64,000 nucleotides of DNA, from NCBI RefSeq assembly GCF_001194135.2, contig NC_068987.1, forward strand, positions 1,555,607-1,619,606, written 5' to 3'. The notes below the pieces were generated by a model. The model was given only the letters and a program-made list of their open reading frames with translations. It was not told where the DNA came from and did no database searches. The position numbers and the translations under genes were made by a program. Positions 56,361 through 64,000 of the stretch are shown piece after piece (within the stretch, counting starts at the first letter, position 1; the number at the start of each line of letters is the position of its first letter). Origin of the DNA: Octopus bimaculoides (Eukaryota).

Positions 56361-56649
56361 TACGTAGCCCAGCCTGATGTGCCTCCACGCTTTTCCTCCG
56401 AATGTATAAGTGGTCTTCGGAGAGAGTTACAGCACCGAAAGTTCTTCCATGTTCCAGGCTGTTGAATATGCGTTAAAATATAAATGCATTTAATGCAGGC
56501 AGTTCTGTACACAGGCACGGATACACACAACGACACAACACAAACACCCTTATGTAAATGTATGTATATGTATGTGTATATGTATATGTATGTGCATAAC
56601 AATTCATATATAAGTGCGTGTGTGTATGGATATATAAATATATGTATGC

Positions 56650-56680
<31 letters not shown>

Positions 56681-57001
56681 CATGCATATACACACACATA
56701 TACATGTATATTGTATATGTATATATATTTATACACACACTCACAGATATATATATACATATACCTGTATATACACTTAAATGTTATATTGAATATATTT
56801 ATGTGGGTGCGTGTATGTATACAAATGTTTACGAATATGTATGTATATTGGCGTACGTCTATCCATATACATTTATAAAGAGAAAGAGACAGAGAGAATC
56901 TGCTGATGTTCCTCATATTTATTCCTTCCGGGTGGTCACGGTGCACTGCAATCTTGAAATGAAGGATTGTCAATATTTGTTTGTGATACAACACCACCTA
57001 A

Positions 57002-57069
<68 letters not shown>

Positions 57070-57108
57070 TTGTATGTATCTATCTATGTCCCTTTCACTT
57101 TATCTCCC

Positions 57109-57168
57109 TCTCTCCCCACCTCTCTCCCCACCTCTCTCCCCACCTCTCTCCCCACCTCTCTCCCTCCC
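57109..57168. repeat. 12-bp minisatellite (tctctccccacc)x4 plus a variant unit
   Basis: Units at 57109, 57121, 57133 and 57145; variant tctctccctccc at 57157. Confidence 0.9.
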
Positions 57169-57905
57169 TCTCTTTCCCACATTCACTCTTTCACCCTTTC
57201 TAACCCCCTCTTTCTCTTTCTTTTCTTTATATATCGCTGTTTCTTCTTCTTTGCAATGTTTTAGATCTCCTCAGATCTTCGAATTGCCAAATCTACAGGG
57301 AATTCTATAAAGTATACGGCTGTTCTAATATTACCGTTGTTATCATCATCATCATCATCAACACTGTCGTCATCATCATCATCATTTCTATCATTACTAT
57401 TATTGTTGTTGTTGTTGTTTGTTGTTGTAATTATTGTTATTTTTGTTTTTTAGGAAATAAAATCTTAGTTGCTTATTTTGATGTTTCAATATTTTAGTTC
57501 GTATTTGTGGTCGTGTATATATATATGTGTGTGTGTGGGTGTGTATACATGTACATATAATTGTATGAGTGGGTGTGTATACATGTACGTGCATTAATGT
57601 ATGCGTGTGTGTGTGTGTCTGTGTGTGTGTGCGCAGGAGATATTTGCATACGCAATATGACAGTGTTCGTATATACCTTCAAATAACCCGGAAATATCAA
57701 AAGCTAATTCCTCTCCTTTATATTTTCTCCTTTTCATTCCGCATCAAATATTTCTTTGTACAATTCTTTGTTATTTTATTTTATTTTTAATTAATGCTAT
57801 GTGATATCATTTTAACGATAAACGTAAATAAAGTTCACTGTTTGTCTTAGATAAATCTTATACAATATTAATATACATAATAATACATGTGTGTGTGTGT
57901 GTATG

Positions 57906-57936
<31 letters not shown>

Positions 57937-57941
57937 TTGTG

Positions 57942-57981
<40 letters not shown>

Positions 57982-58039
57982 CTGCTTCACTGATTCATCT
58001 ATTTAAATTTCTCTCTTATCCCCATATACTTTTGTGGGC

Positions 58040-58107
<68 letters not shown>

Positions 58108-58339
58108 ATATATATATGTTTAATATTTGAGTGTAGGTGCGTCTGTGCGTGTGTGGGTGTGGGTGCATATGTGTGACCATATAAATATATATTTAAATGT
58201 GTGTGTGTATTCATACTTCTTAAACATGAATAATATTAACAGTAACTTCGAAGCCTTCGTTTGACGATGGCCTAACTGACCAGCACTTCGAAATCACTGC
58301 CAATACTCTTGTTTAAAAAACTAATTTCTACTTGACCAA

Positions 58340-58445
58340 TAGATAGATTAAGTGCTAGGCTTCCGAAGTATACGTTCCGGGGTCGATTTGTTCGACTAAA
58401 AGGCGGAGCTCCAGTATGGTCGCACTCAGATGACTGAAATAAATA
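58340..58445 (+). mobile_element. SINE family A 3' fragment
   Basis: attaagtgctaggctt...ggggtcgatttgttcgactaaaaggcggagctccag...atgactgaaa. Confidence 0.8.
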
Positions 58446-58517
58446 ATTCAATATGTGACCGTGTGTCTATCGTTGGCGATTTTCTTTCTCCGTCTTCCCA
58501 TCTTTGGACTTTTTCTA

Positions 58518-58554
58518 TATTTCTGATGAAGAGCTCCGCTCGAAACGTGGAATA
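58518..58554 (+). ncRNA. Ultra-minimal hammerhead motif inside a short non-coding repeat (~58446-58650)
   Basis: Stem I tattt/gaata, CTGATGA 58523-58529, helix II gagc-tcc-gctc, GAAA 58542-58545, helix III reduced to the palindrome ACGT. The cleavage-site base is G (58549), which violates NUH. Confidence 0.7.
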
Positions 58555-58743
58555 CTCTTTCTTTTCTTTCCTTTCCTGAGTATCCAATAACACTGTACTT
58601 ATTCCAAGTCCTCGCGTTGTTGCTTTTTCTTGCTTGTTCATGTTTGACTATATATACATACACATATACATGTGTATGTATATATATATGTAAAATTGCA
58701 AACAAGCCACCCTTATTAATTATTATGTATGTCTGTGCGCTTA

Positions 58744-59067
58744 GGGTGTCTGTGTGTCAAGTAGCCTGCTTACTAACCAAATGGTTTCGGGTTTAGTCCC
58801 GCTGCGTGGCACCTTGGGTGAGTGTCTACTACTATAGCTTCGGGCCGACCAAAACCTTGTGAGTGGATTTGGTAGACGGAAACTNNNNNNNNNNTGTGTA
58901 TATGTGTGTGTTTGTGTATGTGTGTGTGTGTGTGTGCGTTTGTGTGTTTGTGTGATAGAATAAGTACTAGGCTTACAAATAAGTCCTGAGGTTGATTTGT
59001 TCGACTAAAGGCGGTGCTCCAGCATGGCCATAGTTAAATGACTGAAACACGTAAAAGAATAAAAGAA
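58744..59067 (+). mobile_element. SINE family A (internal array spans an N-gap)
   Basis: ggtttagtcccgctgcgtggcaccttggg...ccttgtgagtggatttggtagacggaaact, TG array, tail gatagaataagtactaggcttacaaa...aaaagaataaaagaa. Confidence 0.92.
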
Positions 59068-59419
59068 TATATATATATAAAGAAGGAAAGAAAGATAGCT
59101 ATAGTCAATGTGTATTAATAAGAACCCGATGGTCTGAGAATAATATCAATTACCAAAATAATTTAAATTCACTTTTCATATACATTGTGACTTACTCGCG
59201 CGCACACACACGCACACACACACTCACAAACCAAAATAGTGAAATGAAAGAGCCCCCCGATCTCCGAAGTGGGCGCTGAAATCAGAATTGAAAATTAACT
59301 CATGTACATGATTTTTTTCTTTTTTTTTAATGATGTTACTATGAACAAATATTTTGTAGTTAGATCGAAAATGATTTTTCTTTGTCATTAGGAAATAAAT
59401 ATTCACATCTGTCCATTAG

Positions 59420-59660
59420 TTTATCTTGAATTCCTTTTGTATGGTTGATTTTAGCCATTTGTCCTCTCTCCTTCTCTCACTTCCGATATCTCTCTTTCTC
59501 TCATACTTGTTTGGTTCTGTTTTCCCCTCTTCTATAAATCTCATCTTAAATAACATATTAAATGTATTTCTGTCCGGGGTATTGCTCCAACTTCCGTACA
59601 CGATTGGTTTTTGTACTACCATGTGCAAATAAACAGCAACACACATTCGCTGATTTATGC
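59420..59660 (-). mobile_element. Possible decayed RTE-type RT fragment
   Basis: ORF segment YLHMVVQKPIVYGSWS is loosely like RTE VY...VRP...YG.ETW. Single weak motif. Confidence 0.3.
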
Positions 59661-59909
59661 CTAGGTGATCATAGACATCTGTGAGTATTTTCACTGGCAA
59701 AGTTATATTGCGTCAGTACAAAAGGCGTATTTTGTATGTCTTTACAGCAATTTGTAGCTTGACCTTATTTCCAAACGTCTTCGAATTATCTATATTTATT
59801 TACATGCATTTACATCGATGTGTGTATGTGTTTGTCAACACGCAGAAACACATTTACGTTCGTACATATATATGTATATGTACACACACATACACATACA
59901 TACATACAT

Positions 59910-59990
<81 letters not shown>

Positions 59991-60655
59991 TACACTTACT
60001 AAGTTCTGTAACTTAGTGAGAGAAAAAAATAAAATTATATTGAAGGAACAAAATATATTGAGGAGTTCATTTTGTTCTTTGATGTCCAATGCTGAATGAA
60101 GAATGAATTTAAGCGACAAACTTGACGATATAATTATAAGAGAGCTAATTAAGAAGGAAATGCCTGCAATTATGTCTTAGGAATAATGATTCGTAAAGAA
60201 TTCTAACTTTTCCGGAGGAAATAAATGTAAAAGGAACGATGGCGTCTTGACATTTGGCAACACATTTCCAACTGGATTTTGTGAAATAAAGAAGACAGAC
60301 GGAAACCAGATTCGTTATTGTGGTAGTTGAAATTGAACCCATGGCAGTTGTGATGGAGTAGATCATATGATCAAAGACAGTCTACCCATGGCAATCCAGG
60401 CATTTCTAAAAACTTTATCCAGTATAATGAAGGTAGTATGAGTACAGGATTAAATTCTAGGAGAGGGGTGACAATCAAATAATGAGATAACATGGAGAAT
60501 TTGCTCCAGCATGGCTGCAGCTCAATGATTAGAATTATGTGTGTCTGTGTGCGTGTGTGCATGTATGCATGTATTTATGAATATATTCATATGTATATCT
60601 GTATATCTATGCACACACACAAACACAAACACACACGCACACACACACACACACG

Positions 60656-60688
<33 letters not shown>

Positions 60689-60820
60689 GGTAGAGGCGCT
60701 TGGTTCAGTGACTAAAGTGTTGCCCTCAAGACCATGTATGGTGGTTTCGATTCCTGGACAGGGCAGTGTGTTTTCTCTTAAGCAAAACACTTCACTTCAC
60801 ATTGCTCCAATCCACTTAAA
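60689..60820 (+). mobile_element. tRNA-derived SINE, third family (head and central domain)
   Basis: A-box-like tggttcagtgact, B-box-like gtttcgattcc, then cttaagcaaaacacttcacttcacattgctcca (a ccttgagcaagacactt-type domain). Confidence 0.6.
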
Positions 60821-60822
60821 GC

Positions 60823-60891
60823 GATTCTGTGGCGTATATATTCCCCCCTCATCACACCGTCCGGGATAGGGGATACATACGCCACAGAATC
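60823..60891. ncRNA. 69-nt long-stem hairpin (pre-miRNA-sized; function unknown)
   Basis: gattctgtggcgtat(60823-60837) is the exact reverse complement of atacgccacagaatc(60877-60891). After one mismatch the stem extends by tattccc/gggata. The hairpin is seen directly; the ncRNA call is inference. Confidence 0.35.
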
Positions 60892-62034
60892 CGGAGAAAA
60901 AGTCGATCTTACGAAAAAGTCGATCTTACGAACCTATAGTTCGGAAGGGACATTTTATCTGATATATATACATATATGTGTATGTATGTATGTATGTAGG
61001 TATGTAGGTAGGTAGGTAGGTGGACAGCTATGGTGGTGTAAGCAGATGATGGCATACACACATATCCATCTTCTGCAGCTATCATATTTATTTTGACACA
61101 GAAGAGTGAATAAATGGAACTGCAATTTCCTAAATTCCGTTGCAATGCAGTCTGATCATTTGAAATATTTTTTGCAGAAGAAAAGCTGCACAAAACAAAA
61201 ACAGAACAAAACTAATATATAACAAAACAAAAGAAGAAAATATATATGTTTTCAAAATGGCTGCTGGCCATTCGTCTTTCGTTAGGGTTCTATCTTTGTT
61301 GATCACCTTTGTCACTGCCAATATCATCTCACTTTCCTTTCTTCTCTTCGATTGATTATGACAAGACTTTTCTGAATTTTTAATTTTTCTTTATTTATTT
61401 CGTTTTTAAAAAAATCTACGTTTATGTATTTTTTAAAAATATTTTCTTCGAAATTCTGCGTCTCCTGACAATTCTGCATCATTTCCTGCTGCCAAGCAGG
61501 TGTTGGCATCATTTGTCGCGTAGTTTCTCTATATTTAGCAATATGTATTGTCTGTAACAGATGGAATCATAAGTGTGGTAGATAAATCTATTGTACACAC
61601 ATTGTGAGTATGGTAAGAGTTATAAGCCTCGATCTCCCCACAATGACAATCAACAGATGCCTTCGTGAATGGAAGAAGCATTGGACAGAAACAACAGCGA
61701 CTCCCACAAGTGATATCTATTTGTACGTAACTACAGCTTTTAGATAATGAGTGTACGCTGGGAAACCTGTCCAGTGTTTCCACTACGAACGCAAGGAAAT
61801 GCTGTGGTAAGTCTCTGTTTTAGTGGGAGCTGCCTCGAATATCTACAACAGAAGTAAAAGCGGCAAAGAATGAAGTCTGCCACAGAAGTAACAGCAAACA
61901 AACACTTTGATGTGGCGATTAATTTTAGTCATTTATGTATTATAATTCTTCTATATTTTTGAGATGAAAAATTCTGTACATTGTTTACATTATTTACATT
62001 GGACGGATATGTGTCCTCATCTTGTTTGTTGTCG

Positions 62035-62078
62035 CCACAACGTTTCGGCTGGTCTAATCTCCAGCCTTCAACAGGTGT
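62035..62078 (-). ncRNA. Minimal hammerhead motif with a core mutation, inside a short repeat (~61930-62140)
   Basis: The reverse complement reads acac-CTGTTGA-a-ggctgg-agattaga-ccagcc-GAAA-cgt-t-gtgg. Helix II is 6 perfect bp and helix III is the ACGT palindrome. Core position A6 is changed to U. Confidence 0.7.
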
Positions 62079-62259
62079 CCTGGTGGAATTTTGAACCACA
62101 CTCTGGGTTCTCATTCCTAAGGTATTATTTTTGCTGATGTTGCTTTTGTCGTTATCTATTATTATTACTATTTATTCCAGGCATACATACAAACATACAT
62201 ACATACATACATACATACACACATACATACATACATACATACATACATACATACCAGAA

Positions 62260-62395
62260 AGGAGAAAGCTAATTCGAACACTACAGATCTAATCCATCAC
62301 AAGAACTGAAAAGATGTGTAAAACTTTCAGAAGTTTATCATTTAAATATATACGAGCATGTCTAGATATGTAACTATATGCATGAGAATACATAC
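62260..62395 (-). repeat. Interspersed repeat homologous to 17150-17290 (probable LINE fragment)
   Basis: gagaaagctaattcgaacactacagat...aaaactttcagaagtttatcatttaaatat...atatgcatgagaa matches gagaaagctaattcgaagactacagat...aaaactttccagaagtttatcattttaatat...atatgcatgagaa. Confidence 0.8.
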
Positions 62396-63823
62396 ATACA
62401 TACATACATACATACATACATACATACATACAGCTGTATAACAATCCTTCATTCACAATCCGTGTACACAAATACATGCACTCTTCTAAACACTTACAAA
62501 AATATGTAGGAGTTCTCCCTCGAAGTGTATTCAACAAAACTTAAATTTAATCTAAGGTGGTCAAGACTTCCCTCTCAGTTACGGTTCAAAGTGTGGCAAC
62601 GAAGAAATACCACAAGGTAATTGAGGCGACACCAACAGCAAACTAAAAGACGTCCTTCAGGTTACATGCAGATTGGAAATTAGTTAATATCTCTTGCCTC
62701 GGTTACGGATTATGGAAGAGTTATGCATTGCCATCCTGTACCTCTTTCCATTAATAACTACAAGCAAAGTCCAATCAATGTGGCTCTGTCGAAATTCTTG
62801 CATGCTACAGTGGAAGCTAAGTACTAATACAACTAAGCGACCTAGTATGTGAGCATCTCTGTTGGTGTGTGCGAATGTGTGTGCGTGCGCGGGCGTTGTG
62901 TAAGTATAGATACACATATGCATCAAAATATTATGTGTGTGTCTGTGTGTGTGCATGTGTATGTATGCACACACAAACATATAAATACACATATACATAT
63001 ACATACATACATCATACATACACACACACACACTCACGCACACATATATGTAAATGTATATACAATTTTGATGTATATCTATGTATATCTGTATATTGAT
63101 GTACACATGTAGATATATACGGTAACCCCTCGACTTCGCACCAAACCACCTCTTGCGATATGTGAAAATCCGCCAAGTAGAAACAATACTCTACTGTATA
63201 TACATTTTTTATTATTTTTTATAATTTGTATATATTTATTTCATTACAAATGCAAACAACACCACGGAGGAATCGACGTAAGATGAAATAATAAACCACG
63301 ATAGGTGAAACGCGATATGGCGAGGCATTACTGTATGTAGATCTATCTAGCTATCTATATGTGTGTATGAGTGTGTTTCTTTGTGAGTATACATATATGT
63401 GTATACATATGTGCATGTATATATATATTGATAAATAGGGAGTACAATAGATAGACAGACAGACAGATTGATAGATAGATAGATTCCACACTTAAGTTCT
63501 TAGCTTTCATAATTAAAAACAAATGTATCAATTCAAAATTAAACAACTTTGCTTTTATTTATCAGAAGTTGACCCATTTCCAATAAAACCACAACACAAT
63601 CTTCTGAAAAGACTCACACCTCACCCATTCTACTAAGCAACATGTCACATACTCATGGAAACATAAATATTGACAAGTGTAAAATCATTTTACTAAAGAC
63701 TGCACCACCGCCATCTATCTCGCACGTGCAGCGAATTATTATATCTGGCAATATGTCATGTGTGTGTATATATATATATACACACGAATATACACGCTTT
63801 CACACAGGAAATAACTTCGTACT

Positions 63824-63856
<33 letters not shown>

Positions 63857-64000
63857 TTGTATCTCTCCCTCCCTCCCACTCTCTTTATCTGTATATGCAT
63901 CTATCTATCTGGTTGTCTGTTTATCTACCTATCTGTTTATCTCTATCTACCTACCTCTCGATCTTCCCATCACTCTTTACACACACACACACACACACAC

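Noticed and set aside
62581-62618. 38-nt plus-strand micro-exon candidate (ctctcag...AAG|gtaatt); similar ones near 11018-11044, 36588-36624 and 50260-50297
   Set aside because: Such short AG/GT-bounded open segments are expected by chance in 64 kb, and no recognisable protein results.

Overview
This is eukaryotic, AT-rich, microsatellite-saturated DNA with 19 N-gaps, mostly at (TA)n arrays. It is very likely an octopus (coleoid cephalopod) draft scaffold; that is inferred from SINE sequences I recall as Octopus repeats and was not database-checked. No protein-coding gene can be identified with confidence, and nearly all supplied ORFs are microsatellite or gap artefacts. The window contains: (i) many tRNA-derived SINEs of at least three families, one with a built-in internal microsatellite; (ii) decayed non-LTR retrotransposon ends (RTE-type, CR1/Jockey-group-type); (iii) two mariner transposase relics; (iv) a Penelope-like element (PLE) endonuclease fragment; (v) five minimal type-I hammerhead ribozyme (HHR) motifs with palindromic helix III, in what look like several different short repeats; (vi) a ~345-bp foldback element; (vii) a 69-nt pre-miRNA-sized hairpin; (viii) a CRE-TATA-CRE cluster; (ix) a decayed ~66-bp (22-codon) tandem repeat next to a splice donor. 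The best candidates for follow-up are the HHR-bearing repeat set, the hairpin, the CRE/TATA module and the 66-bp pseudo-exon. All translations and folds were done by eye, and element boundaries are approximate.
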